DNA of 64,000 nucleotides, taken from Malacoraja senta. Taxonomy: Eukaryota. Each line of letters opens with the position of its first letter. Position 1 is the stretch's first letter. Positions 36,950 through 48,541 of this stretch are shown one piece after another. Location: positions 59,768,001 to 59,832,000 of the forward strand of contig CM075982.1 in assembly GCA_038087875.1 (NCBI GenBank). The letters run 5' to 3'. A program made the position numbers and the translations under genes. The notes below the pieces were generated by a model. The model saw nothing but the letters and a program-made list of their open reading frames with translations, made no database searches and was not told the DNA's origin.

Positions 36950-39450
36950 CTAAACATGTGATCACTCTCTCACATCAGGCTGGTTGGTTGCCTCTCTGTT
37001 ACTAGGGTCCAGATTGTCTCAAAGCGACATTCTCAAGGGGACGGTAAATAGCCAGAAGGCATTGTGCACGTTGGCACAAAATGACATAGCTAGGAAAAGG
37101 GAGGTCCTGCGAAATTAATACAGAGAGTTATGCAAAAGGTTATAAAGTAGGACCTTCAGAGTAGTGATTTCCAAATTACTCCCAGTGCCATGTGCTAATA
37201 CGGGTAGAAGAAAGATAAGGCAGACAAATATGTGGCTGAGGAGTTGGTGCAGACTTTGGACCATTAAGATCTCCTCTGGGGCAGAGATGACATGTACAAG
37301 GGGGACAGGTTGCATCTGAACTGGAGAGGAACCAATATCTACTCCACAATTTTAGATTTGCAATAGAAAAAATCACATGTGGTTAAAGTGCACATTATCA
37401 GATTTTATTAATGGCCATTTTTATACATTTTGAGTTCACCATGTTGAAATTACAGCTGTGTTTGTACATAGTCCCCCCATTTCAGGGCACCATAAAGTTT
37501 GGGACACATGGCTTCACAGGCGTTTGTAATTGCTTAGGTGTGTTTAATTACCTCCTTAATGCAGGTATAAGAGAACTCTCAGCATCTAGCCTTTCCTCCA
37601 GTCTTTCCATCGCCTTTGGAAACTTGTATTGCTGTTTATCAACATGAGGACCAAAGTTGTGCCAATGAAAGTCAAAGAAGCCATTATGAGACTGAGAAAC
37701 AAAAATAAAACTGTTGGAGACATCAGCCAAACCTTAGGCTTACCAAAATCAACTGTTTGGAACATCATTAAGAAGAAAGAGAGCACTGGTGAGCTTACTA
37801 TTCACCATGGGACTGGCAGGCCAAGGAAGACCTCCACAGCTGATGACAGAAGAATTCTCTATAATAAAGAAAAATCCCCAAACACCTGTTCGACAGATCA
37901 GGAACACTCTTCAGGAGTCAGGTGTGGATTTGTCAATGACCATTGTCCGCAGAAGATTTCATGAACAGAAATACAGAGGCTACACTGCAAGATGCAAACC
38001 TCTGGTTAGTCGCAAAAATAGGATGGCCAGGTTACAGTTTGCTAAGAAGTACTTAAAAGAGCAACCACAGTTCTGGAAAAAAAGGTCTTGTGGACAGGTG
38101 AGATGAAGATTAACATATCAGAGTGATGGCAAGAGCAAAGTACAGAGGAGAGAATGAACTGCCCAAGATCCAAAGCATACCATCTTATCTGTGAAACACA
38201 GTGCTGGGGGTGTTATGACCTGGGCTCTGGCTGCTGAAGGTACTGGCTTACTTATCTTCATTGATGATACAACTGCTGATAGTAGTAGCGTAATGAATTC
38301 TGAAGTGTATACACATCCTATGTGCTGAAGTTCAAACAAATTGCTCAAAACTCATTGGGCGGCGGTTCATTCTACAGCAAGACAATGATCCCAAACTTAC
38401 TGCTAAGGCAACAAAGCAGTTTTTCAAAGCTAAAAAATGGTCAATTCTTGAGTGGCCAAGTCAATCATTTGATCTGAACCCAATTGAGCATGCCTTATTT
38501 ATGCTGAAGAAAAAACTGAAGGGTACTAGCCCCCAAAACAAGCATAAGCTAAAGATGGCTACAATACAGGTCTGGCAGAGCATCACCAGAGAAGACACCC
38601 AGCAACTGGTGACATCCATGAATCGCAGACTTCAAGCAGTCATTGCATGCAAAGGATATGTAACAAAATGTTAAACATGACTACTTTCATTTACATGACA
38701 TTGCTGTGTCCCAAACATTATGGTGCCCTGAAATGGTGGAACAATGTATAAACACTGCTGTAATTTCTACATGGTGAAACCAAAATGTATAAAAATGGCC
38801 TTTATTATAATCTGACAACGTGCACTTTAGCCACATGTGATTTTTTCTATTACAAATCTCAAATTGTGGAGTAGAGGCAAATAAATAAATGATGGGTCTT
38901 TGTCCCAAACATTATGGAGGGCACTGTATGGGTGCTACAAATGAATTAGATGTGGGGGTAAAAGAGGACGGCGAGTTGCTTTACTGATCATGGCGAATAT
39001 CACGTCAGTCGTCCAATTTACCGATGGTTCACCCAGTGAGGCTATATGTGAAGAGCTGAGAAATAAAATAAAAAGAGGATGATTACCTTGTTTGGTGTGT
39101 ATTATAGGCCACTAAATAGTCAACAGAATTAGAAGACCAAATAGGCCAAGAGATTGCAGGCAGTTGCAAGACATAAAGTTGTCACAGTAGGGGATTTTAA
39201 CTTTCAACAGTCCCAGGATTTAGACAGGGTGGAAATTGTCAAATGCTTTCAGGAAAGTTTCCTCAGGAGATATATAGAGGGCCCTATAAAGGGAGAAGAC
39301 AACGTTTGATATACTCGTAGGAAATTGTGAAAGGCAAATGACTGAAGTGTACATCGGCAAACCTTTTGGGACCAGCAAACAAATATATTAACTTTAAGAG
39401 AGTTATGGATAATGATTCAAGGTGGGCCAAAGGGCCAGTTTCCATGCCAT
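36950..39450 (+). mobile_element. Old CR1 ORF1/endonuclease fragments flanking the Tc1 insertion
   Basis: Esterase-like ORF1 remnant at left; GVYYRP and VGDFN endonuclease motifs at right. Confidence 0.6.
37338..38926 (+). mobile_element. Tc1/mariner transposon (IR/DR type), decayed transposase 37644-38676, outer left TIR missing
   Basis: HTH region with GRPRKT, QQDNDPK, WPSQS.DLNPIEH; long inverted repeats; right end ...GGGCACTG followed by TA. Confidence 0.92.
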
Positions 39451-39459
39451 ACTACGCCT

Positions 39460-39891
39460 TTCCTCTCCCCTCACCCCTCTTTCCCACTCCCCTTCCCCAT
39501 TCACTCCCTTGTCCTCTCCCTCTTTCCACTCCTGTCTCACTTCATCTCTCACTCCCATCTCCCCTTCCCCTTCTCCCATATCCCTCACCCACGCTCTCTT
39601 CCCTTTCCCAACCTCTACCCTACCCCATCTCCCACCCTATTACTCCCTATCACCCCTTCTCCTACCTATTCCACTCTCTCTCCCCCCTCCATTGCCCCCT
39701 CATCCTTTCCTCTCTGCTTCCATCCCTTGCCATATTCCTCCTTCTTACCCTCTCCTCTCCTTTCCCACCCACCACCCTCCCCTCTTGCCCCCTTTCCTCT
39801 CCTCACCCCCTTCTCTGCAACCTCTCCTCCCCCTCACTCCCCCCACCTCTCTACCCTCTCCACCACCTCACTCTTTTTTTCCACCCTCTCC
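39460..39891. repeat. Polypyrimidine low-complexity tract (continues at 41576-42155)
   Basis: Strongly C/T-dominated on +, with (CT)n. Confidence 0.9.
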
Positions 39892-41575
39892 TAGGTATGT
39901 TACAATACTTACCCTCAGCGGCGCTGCAATTCTGCCACTGGCCGTGTGCGCGATTTTGGCGCGTTTAAGGGGGGGGCGGGGTTAAAACGCGGGTTTCTCC
40001 TACCTTGTCCTGTATTATATTTGGTTGGAGTGCAACCTTTTGCTGAAAAATCGTTCCTTCGGGCGTTTTGTGTGTTTTTTATTTTTATTAAATCGACAAT
40101 GTCAGCGCTGGAGTCATTTTAAAATCAGCTTCTGAAGCCGTCAACGCCGACAACGGGGACCGATTTCACACACGGGACAGGTAAACGAAAGTGGTTTATT
40201 TTAATGTATAAAAGTGCTTCTTAAGAAGCCTTTAATTCATATTTTTTCATGCGAAACGGTGATTATTCCCCCCAAACTAACGGCAGTATATTTCATGCCG
40301 ATATGCGCGAATGGTATGTTGGCCTTCATAGCAAGAGGATTTGAGTATAGGAGCAGGGAGGTTCTACTGCAGTTGTACAGGGTCTTGGTGAGACCACACC
40401 TGGAGTATTGCGTACAGTTTTGGTCTCCAAATCTGAGGAAGGACATTATAGCAATAGAGGGAGTGCAGAGAAGGTTCACCAGACTGATTCCTGGGATGTC
40501 AGGACTTTCATATGAAGAAAGACTGGATAGACTTGGCTTATACTCGCTAGAATTTAGGAGATTGAGAGGGGATCTTATAGAAACGTACAAAATTCTCATG
40601 GGGTTGGACAGGCTAGATGCAGGAAGATTGTTCCCGATGTTGGGGAAGTCCAGGACAAGGGGTCACAGCTTAAGGATGAGGACCGAGATGAGGAAAAACT
40701 TTTTCACACAGAGTGGTGAATCTCTGGAACTCTCTGCCACAGAGGGTAGTTGAGGCCAGTTCATTGGCTATATTTAAGAGGGAGTTAGATGTGGCCCTTG
40801 TGGCTAAAGGGATCAGGGGGTATGGAGAGAAGGCAGGTACGGGATACTGAGTTGGATGATCAGCCATGATCATATTGAATGGCGGTGCAGGCTCGAAGGG
40901 CCGAATGGCCTACTCCTGCACCTATTTTCTATGTATCTATGATACGGGGTTAAATTCACCGCAAATCAACGTTCCAAATTATCGCGTTCCAGAAAACCTC
41001 ACTCGCAAAATGATTTAAATGCCCATTAATTTGCAGGTATTAAACATTCAATTCCTTCCATTTGGCCTGTAAATTCATGACAATGAGATTTAAAAATTAT
41101 GTGATATTGTGAAATCTTGTGTGAATGTTATTTGGACACTTAGGCTATTTAAAAATGTTAATATATTCTTAAGAAATTGATAGATGTTTAGATCTAGTAA
41201 TTGAATTTTGTAATTAGCTACAATTAGGTAACTAACTAATTATATGCTTTAATTTCATGTCATCTAAGTAAGATTGTTTCATATTTGTTTCAGAATGCTT
41301 CAATCTATAATAACTGAAAATTTCTTTCAGTTCTCTTAATTGTTAAGAAAGTTATGGGCTTTTGACTGTCCTCGATCACAGCTTTTGTGTTAAGTCAATG
41401 GAAAAGCAATAGGGAACAACATGCTAATTTCCGAGTATGAAAATGGCCATAACTTTTTTAATACTGAAGATATGAAAGTGAATTAGGTGTCAAATTAAAC
41501 TTATTTTTATGCTTTATCTGATGGGATAAATTGCAGACTTTATTTTTTTAATCTCAAAATTTTGTAACATTGCTA
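39892..41575. mobile_element. hAT-like non-autonomous DNA transposon carrying a nested CR1 fragment
   Basis: TIR TAG..ATGTTACAA at both ends; flanking cctctcc duplication (7 bp exact). Confidence 0.6.
40307..40940 (+). mobile_element. CR1 LINE 3' fragment (young)
   Basis: LVRPHLEYCVQFWSPNLRKD and canonical 3' UTR. Confidence 0.92.
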
Positions 41576-41830
41576 CCTCTCCCCCCACACACCACTCTCT
41601 CTCCCTCCCCATCTGCTTCTCACTCCTCCCTTCTCCACCCCATCTCCTTCCTTCCTTCTCTCCCTCTGTCTCTCTCTGACTCTCCCCTCCCCCCATCTTC
41701 CTCTCTTTCCCATCTCCTCCCTACTTTCCCCCCTCTCTCTCTCTTCTCCCCACCCCATCTTCTTCCTCCTTCTCTCCCTCCACACCACTCACTCTCTCCC
41801 CGCACCCTCTTTTCCTGCCCCCCTCTCCTT

Positions 41831-41868
<38 letters not shown>

Positions 41869-41969
41869 CCCCTCTTCCTTTCCATCTCCCCCACCTCACC
41901 GCCCTCTCTCCTGTCCCTCTCACACACTCCCTCCGGCCCTCTCTTCCTCCCCATCTGCTTCTCACTCCT

Positions 41970-42117
41970 NNNNNNNNNNNNNNNNNNNNNNNNNNNNNNN
42001 NNNNNNNNNNNNNNNNNNNNNNNNNNNNNNNNNNNNNNNNNNNNNNNNNNNNNNNNNNNNNNNNNNNNNNNNNNNNNNNNNNNNNNNNNNNNNNNNNNNN
42101 NNNNNNNNNNNNNNNNN
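41970..42117. other. Assembly gap
   Basis: N run. Confidence 1.
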
Positions 42118-42160
42118 CTGTCTCTGTCTCTGTCTCTACCCCCATCTCCCTTCCACTCAC

Positions 42161-42184
42161 CGTTTTCTTCATGGTGGCCGCCAT
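42161..42184 (-). CDS. PFDN4: Prefoldin subunit 4, coding exon 1 (MAATMKKT)
   Basis: ATG GCG GCC ACC ATG AAG AAA ACG followed by GTGAGT donor; matches the vertebrate PFDN4 N-terminus MAATMKK; lies in a CpG-rich patch. Confidence 0.93.
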
Positions 42185-42480
42185 TTCCAGACTCCGCCAC
42201 TTTCCCGCCTCTCCCCTTCACCACCGCCGCCGCCTCAGTAAATAATGGCACCGTCCGTTTAAAGGGATAGCCATTTAAAGGGATTTTATGCCGACATAAA
42301 GTAAGCCCCCACAGCGCCGCCGCTAGCCACCCTCGGGAATAGCACCGTTGGCTGTCCTCGATCCCTGGTGACCCTTGAGGCACAGGGGACCCTTCAGGAG
42401 AACCTTGAGGGGACCCGGAGGTACAGGCTAGGGACCCTTGAGCAGAAGTGCCTTGAGACATCGGATGGCTGCAGAGCAGC
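42170..42480 (-). promoter_or_regulatory. PFDN4 CpG-rich promoter/5' UTR with E2F-like site (TTTCCCGCC 42201-42209) and YY1-like motif over the start codon (AAATGGCGGC)
   Basis: Local CpG enrichment next to exon 1; consensus motifs seen directly. Confidence 0.6.
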
Positions 42481-42517
42481 ATTTTAAAAGCATTGCTAAG
42501 TAATAATCACATGCAAT

Positions 42518-42838
42518 TATGGGGTTGGACAGGCTAGATGCAGGTAGATTGTTCCCGATGTTGGGGAAGTCCAGGACAAGGGGTCACAGCTTAAGGATAA
42601 GGGGGAAATCCTTTAAGACCGAGATGAGGAAAAACTTTTTCACACAGAGAGTGGTGAATCTCTGGAACTCTCTGCCACAGAGGGTAGTTGAGGCCAGTTC
42701 ATTGGCTATATTTAAGAGGGAGTTAGATGTGGCTAAAGGGATCAGGGGGTATGGAGAGAAGGCAGGTACGGGATACTGAGTTGGATGATCAGCCATGATC
42801 ATATTGAATGGCCTACTCCTGCACCTATTTTCTATGTA
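42518..42838 (+). mobile_element. CR1 LINE 3' fragment
   Basis: Near-identical to 40597-40930. Confidence 0.9.
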
Positions 42839-43143
42839 TGTAATACTTTGCCTTCCATCACAGTGAGGAGGTGTTGGAGACTCACTGTGATGGATGTTTA
42901 TGTAAACTGTGTTAAGTGTGGGTCTTGGTTTTTTTTGTAATGTGTTAAAAAACTGTAGTAATGATATTTAGTTCAAGCCTAGGCTTGAATGACAATAAAT
43001 AGCATTCAATAAATAGCATTCAATAATCAATCAGGACATCCAAGTAGCAGAAACAAGGAGCCGCAGATGCTGGTTTACAAAAAAAGGGCACAAAGTATCT
43101 CAACGGGTCAGGCAGCATCTCTGGAGACTATGGATAAGTGACG

Positions 43144-43506
43144 ATGGGGGCGAATCGCACCCTGGCTACTCCCTCTTCCTTCTCCCATCGGGCAAAAGGG
43201 ACAGAAGTATGAAAACACACACATCCAGATTCAGGGACAGTTTCTTCCCAGCTGTTATCTGGCAACTAAACCATCCTACCACAACTAGAGAGCAGTCCTG
43301 AACTACTATCGACCACTTGGAGACCCTCAGACTATCTTTGATCGGACTTTACTGACTTTATCTTGCACTAAGCATTATTCCCTTATCATGTATCTGTACT
43401 TGTGGATGGCTCGATTGTAATCATGTATTGTCTTTCCACTGACTGCTTAGCATGCAACAAAAGCTTTTCACTGTACCACAATACACGTGACAATAAACAA
43501 AACTAA
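43144..43506 (+). mobile_element. Rex/Babar-like LINE 3' end
   Basis: RFRDSFFP-like C-terminus and tail cttttcactgtacc..gtgacaataaac; the same tail occurs at 417-483, 36535-36605 (minus) and 46650-46693. Confidence 0.6.
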
Positions 43507-43571
43507 ACATTTCAGGCTGATTGTAGGGCAGGGGAAGGGGTAGAAAGAAAGGGGGGAGAGGGGGGAGGGGT

Positions 43572-43880
43572 TTAGATTTTAGACTTTAGAGATACAGCGA
43601 GGAAATAGGCCCTCTGGCCCACCTAGTCCTCACTGACCAGTCATTACCCTGTGCACTAGCACTATCATGTACACTAGGGACAGTTTACAATTTTTACATA
43701 AGCCAATTAACCTACAAACCTGTACGTCTTTGGAGTGTGGGAGGAAACCGGAGCACCCAGAGAAAACTCACGCAATCACGAGGAGATCGTACACACTCCG
43801 TACAGACAGCACCTGTAGTCAGGATCAAACCTGGGTCTCTGGTGCTGTAAGACAGCGACAGGACTGAGCCATTGTGCCAC
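43572..43880 (-). mobile_element. HE1-like V-SINE
   Basis: Family similarity. Confidence 0.85.
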
Positions 43881-44397
43881 TCCTTTTGACAATTACATAG
43901 TTGGAACAAAGACGAGAGATTTAAACAGAAGTTGTGAGACAAAAAGATTGAAAATTTACGATTAGTGAAGTCTGAGAAAGGAATGTAGATGGAGGGGGAA
44001 AGGAAAAATAAGTGCCAGTCCAAGTGGGACACAGGTGTGGAAAAAATGGGGGGGGGGGGGGAATGTGGAAGAGAAAAGGGAGGGGTGGTTAGAAGTTACC
44101 TAAAATTGGAGAATTCAATGTTCCTACCATTGGGGTGTAAGCTACCCAAGCAGAATATGAGGTGCTGTTCCTCCAGTTGGCATGTGGCCTCACTCTAGAG
44201 GATGGAGGAGGCCAAGGACAGACAGGTCAATCTGAGAATAGGAAGGGGAGTTAAAATGGTTAGCAACCAGAAGATCCAGTAGGCCTTGGCAGACCGAGCG
44301 CTAGTGTTCCGTGAAACAGTTGCCGAGTCTGCGCTTGGCTTCGCTGATGTACAAGAGGCCACATTGGGAACAGCAGATGCAGTAGATGAGGTTAGAG

Positions 44398-45491
44398 GAG
44401 GTGATAGACTTTATACCGACATCCACTACAAACCTACCGACTCCCATGGCTATCTGGACTACACTTCTTCCCACCCTGCTTCCTGTAAGGACTCCATCCC
44501 CCACTCTCAATTCCTCCGTCTACGCCGCATCTGCTCCCAGGATGAGGCGTTCCACACCAGGGCATCCGAAATGTCCTAATTCTTCAGGGAACGGGGGTTC
44601 CCCTCCTCCACCATAGATGAGGCTCGCACCAGGGTCTCTGCCATACCCCGCAACACTGCTCTCTCTCCCCATCCCCCCCACTCACAACAAGGGCAGAGTC
44701 CCCCTAGTCCTCACCCTTCATCCCACCAGCCGTCGCATACAACAAGTGATCCTCCGTCAGTTTCGCCACCTCCAACTCGCCACATATTCCCATCTCCCCC
44801 CATGTCTGCCTTCCTCAAAGACCGCTCCCTCCGTAAATCCCTTGTCAATTCTTCCCTTACCTCCCGTACCCCGGGTACTTTCCCTTGCAACCGCAAGAGA
44901 TGCAACACTTGTCCCTTCACCTCCCCCCTCGATTCCATTCAAGGACCCAAGCAGTCGTTCCAGGTGTGACAGAGGTTCTCCTGCATCTCCTCCAACCTCA
45001 TCTATTGCATCCGCTGCTCTAGATGTCAGCTGATCTACATCGGTGAGACCAAGCGGAGGCTTGGCGATCGTTTCGCCGAACACCTCCGGTCGGTCCGCAA
45101 TAACTTACCTGACCTCCCGGTGGCTCAGCACTTCAACTCCCCATCCCATTCCGTATCTGACCTCTCTGTCCTGGGTCTCCTCCATGGCCACAGCGAGCAA
45201 CACCGGAAATTGGAGGAAATGCACCTCATATTCCACTTGGGCAGTCTACACCCTGGGGGCATGAACATTGAATTCTCCCAACTCTGCTAGCCCTTGCTGT
45301 CCCCTCCCCTTCATCAGCCCTCTGGTTGTCTCCTCCCATCCCCCAGCCCTCGGGCTCCTCCTCCACCTTTTTTCCTTTTTTCCTTTCTTCTCCCCACCCC
45401 CTATCAGTCTGAAGAAGGGTTTCGGCCCGAAACGTTGCCTATTTCCTTCGCTCCATAGATGCTGCTGCACCCGCTGAGTTTCTCCAGCATT
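44398..45491 (+). mobile_element. Penelope-like element 3' part (RT C-terminus YKPTD..YL...S.HP, GIY-YIG, hammerhead at about 45403-45440)
   Basis: Near-identical to 10333-11120 over the shared span. Confidence 0.9.
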
Positions 45492-46129
45492 TAGGTGCAC
45501 ACAAACCTCTGTCTCACCTGGAAGGACTGCTGGGATCTGAAATTGGCTTGGATATCATTTTGGGCAAGAATTGTTACATTTACAAATGTTACATTTGAAA
45601 TGCACAATATTGCTTCAACAATGTGCATCTCCTAGCTCATTCCATTGCACTTAATGACCCTGCATTTTATACAACATTCTGATGCTAAATAATAGTGCCT
45701 TTGGCAGACTCAGGGATAAGTTATTGGTATGTATTTCTGCTTATTCTTTCCCATCTATTGCCCCTTTAACAGGGTTGCCCACAAAATCTTCCCCTGTAAG
45801 ATCCTAAGAAATGGAACCAAGGACAGATCAATTGGCCTCACATGCCTAATCCATCATTTAACAATCACGACAGTATACTTTAGTGGCAATTTGCTGCACT
45901 AACCCTATTTCCTTCATTGCTAAATGCTTTGATCTCTGTGTTGAACTGACCTAGCAACTGGGGCTCCATGGTCTCCTTGGGTAGACAATTGGAAAAATTC
46001 ACTGCCCTCTGGTTGAAATTTCTTCTCATCTCAGTTGTGAAATACTGACTCCTAACTTTAATACCTATACCATGTCAGATTGGCTCAATTGATAGTACTC
46101 TCAGCATTAAGGGTCATGAAGGCAGCATT

Positions 46130-46342
46130 AGACACAAAATGCTGGAGTAACTCAGCGGGACAGGCAGCATCTCTGGAGAGAAGGAATGGGTGATGTTTTG
46201 GGTCGAGAAGAGACTGAGGAAGAGTCGCGACCCAAAACATCACCCATTCCTTCTCTCCAGAGATGCTGCCTGTCCCGCTGAGTTACTCCAGCATGTTGTG
46301 TCTATCTTCGGCTTAAACCAGCATCTGCAGTTCCTTCCTACA
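46130..46342. mobile_element. Fold-back PLE-derived short element
   Basis: About 75-bp near-perfect inverted arms; 15-bp TSD catgaag(g/c)cagcatt. Confidence 0.8.
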
Positions 46343-46944
46343 CATGAAGCCAGCATTGCTTGACCAACACTTCTTAAGTGTTTTGTATACTATCAAAGCT
46401 GCTCCTGTAATAAAGCCCGTTAAGAGACACTGGCACAACGTTCCCTGGTTCTATAGTCCCCACACGGGGAAAATATCAGCATTGCATCAAACCTATCAAG
46501 CCCCACACAAATACTTCCTCTTTCATTGAGATCATCTTTCATTCATTTAAACGTAAGAGATATCAGCCCAGTCTGCGTAATCACTATTCATAAAACACGA
46601 ATCTATCTGTTGCTGTCTCTTTATCGCAAATATTCTTCCCGACTTCCAACGCTTTTCACTGTACCTTGGTGCACGTGACAATAAAATGAACTGAATATGA
46701 CCAGTGCACAATATTCCACATGTGGTCTCATTGAAATGCTGGATAATTGGAGCATAACATCGCTACCCTTTTAATGAACACCAATATATTTTTTGTGTTC
46801 CTAATTACTTACTGTCTCTGCGTATAAAAAATTCTAGCGGCTGTATATAGGACAGTCAAATCTCTCTGAATTGCAATAATTTTCAATCTCCCATTTAAAA
46901 AACACATCACCCCTAATATCCGGCTGATTTCATTCATATCTATC

Positions 46945-47525
46945 CAGAGAAAAAGTTGGGACATCATGTTGTTGTTGGTGAGACCACACTTGCAGTGTGT
47001 GTAGTAGTTCTGGTCATAAAGCTACAGGAAGGGTGGCATTAAATTGCAAGTGGTGCAGAAGATATTCACCGGTATGTTACTTAAGTGGGCTTGAGTTATA
47101 GGGATTAATCGGTAAGGTTGGGGCTTCCTGAAGCATGCAAAGCTAAACACTGACCTTATTAAGGTGTACAAGATAATGAGGGACATGAATAAAGTGAAGG
47201 CTCAGAGTCTTTTTTCCAGGGTAGAGGATTCTGAAACCAGAATGCAAAGGCATAAGGTGAGAACAGAGAGGTCTAAGATGGACTTCAGGGCAACTTTTTT
47301 CACAACAGGGTGGTCCATATCTAACGCCATGGTGGTCCTGTATCTGCCAAAGGAAGCTATAGAAACAGATACAATTACAACTTTACAAAGATGTTTGGAC
47401 AGATATATGGATAGGAAGGCTTTCAAGGCCTGTGGGCCAAACGCAGTTAATTGGGACCAGCCAACTTGCTCGGCAGGGACAAGGCGAGTTGAATGGTCTG
47501 TTTCCATGCTGTCCAACTCTATGAC
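46945..47525 (+). mobile_element. Old CR1 3' fragment
   Basis: VRPHL, YKIMR remnants. Confidence 0.65.
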
Positions 47526-48276
47526 TTTAAGCCGTTCTTAAGTATGGATTTCCAGGCTTTCAAGCTTCTGTATTTTAGGTAGAAGAGAAGAGGCCAGGTA
47601 GTGGTGGCCAGGGTGGCAGGCATCCTTGGTGATACTTCCAGCTTTCTTGTTACAATGCGTTGTGAAAATGAACTGGATGGAAGGCAATGATGAGCCTCTG
47701 ATGGACTGGGCTTTATTCACCGCGTTCTGCAAGTCAAGAGAAGAGCATTTGCCATACAAGATGAGAAGCACCCCATCAAAGTACTTTCTATTGAGCATCT
47801 GTAAAAGTTTGAGAGAATCCTAATTAATGTTTATAATGCAACCTATTTCTAAAATTGCTTTACATGTTGAGTATTTTCAGCACTTTTATTCTTTATTCTA
47901 CAAGGTATACCACAAGAGCATGTTGGACATTTTAGATGAGCGCATCTTAACAAAACTGAAGAAGTTCAAGATCATCCTGGATAAAGCAGTCTGCTTGATG
48001 GGCACCTATCCACCGCACTAAATAGTCATGCCCTCTACTACTGGCACATCATGACCACAGTGTGTCCTGTCTATAAAATGCACTGCAATTACTTACTCAA
48101 GCTACTCCAACATCACTTCCCTGACTCACGTCTCCTGCCATCAAGAATGTCAACGACAGCAGGTACTTGAGAACAGCACCACCTGAAAGTTTTTCTCCAA
48201 GTTCAAACACCATGCTGACTTATAAATATACCACAGTTCTGAGATTAACCTCACCCTAAACAGGAAGCTTAATAGG

Positions 48277-48541
48277 GGCACAGTGGCACAGTGGTAGAGC
48301 TGCTACCTTACAGCACCAGAGATCCGGGTTTGATCCTGACTACGGGAGCTGACTGTACAGAGTTTTTACTTCTCCCTGTGACCATGTGGGTTTCTGCCTC
48401 CAGATGCTCCAGTTTCCTCCCACACTCCAAAGAGGTACAGATTTGTAAGTTCATTGGCTTTGGTAAGTTGAAAAATAATCCCTTGTGTGCAGGATAGTGT
48501 TAGTGTATGCTGTGATCACTGGTCAGTGCAGTCGATGGGCT
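48277..48541 (+). mobile_element. HE1-like V-SINE split by the Vingi insertion (tail resumes at 52399-52455)
   Basis: Tail gggctgaagggcctgtttcc continues after the TSD. Confidence 0.85.

Larger units (their letters stand above)
43047..44400 (-). mobile_element. Older Penelope-like 3' fragment interrupted by a Rex-like 3' end and a SINE
   Basis: Minus-strand NLIYCICCSQCGLLYISEAKRRLG; PLE terminal sequence at 43047-43143. Confidence 0.65.

Noticed and set aside
39366-39985. Pro/Ser/Leu-rich ORFs
   Set aside because: Translation of a polypyrimidine tract
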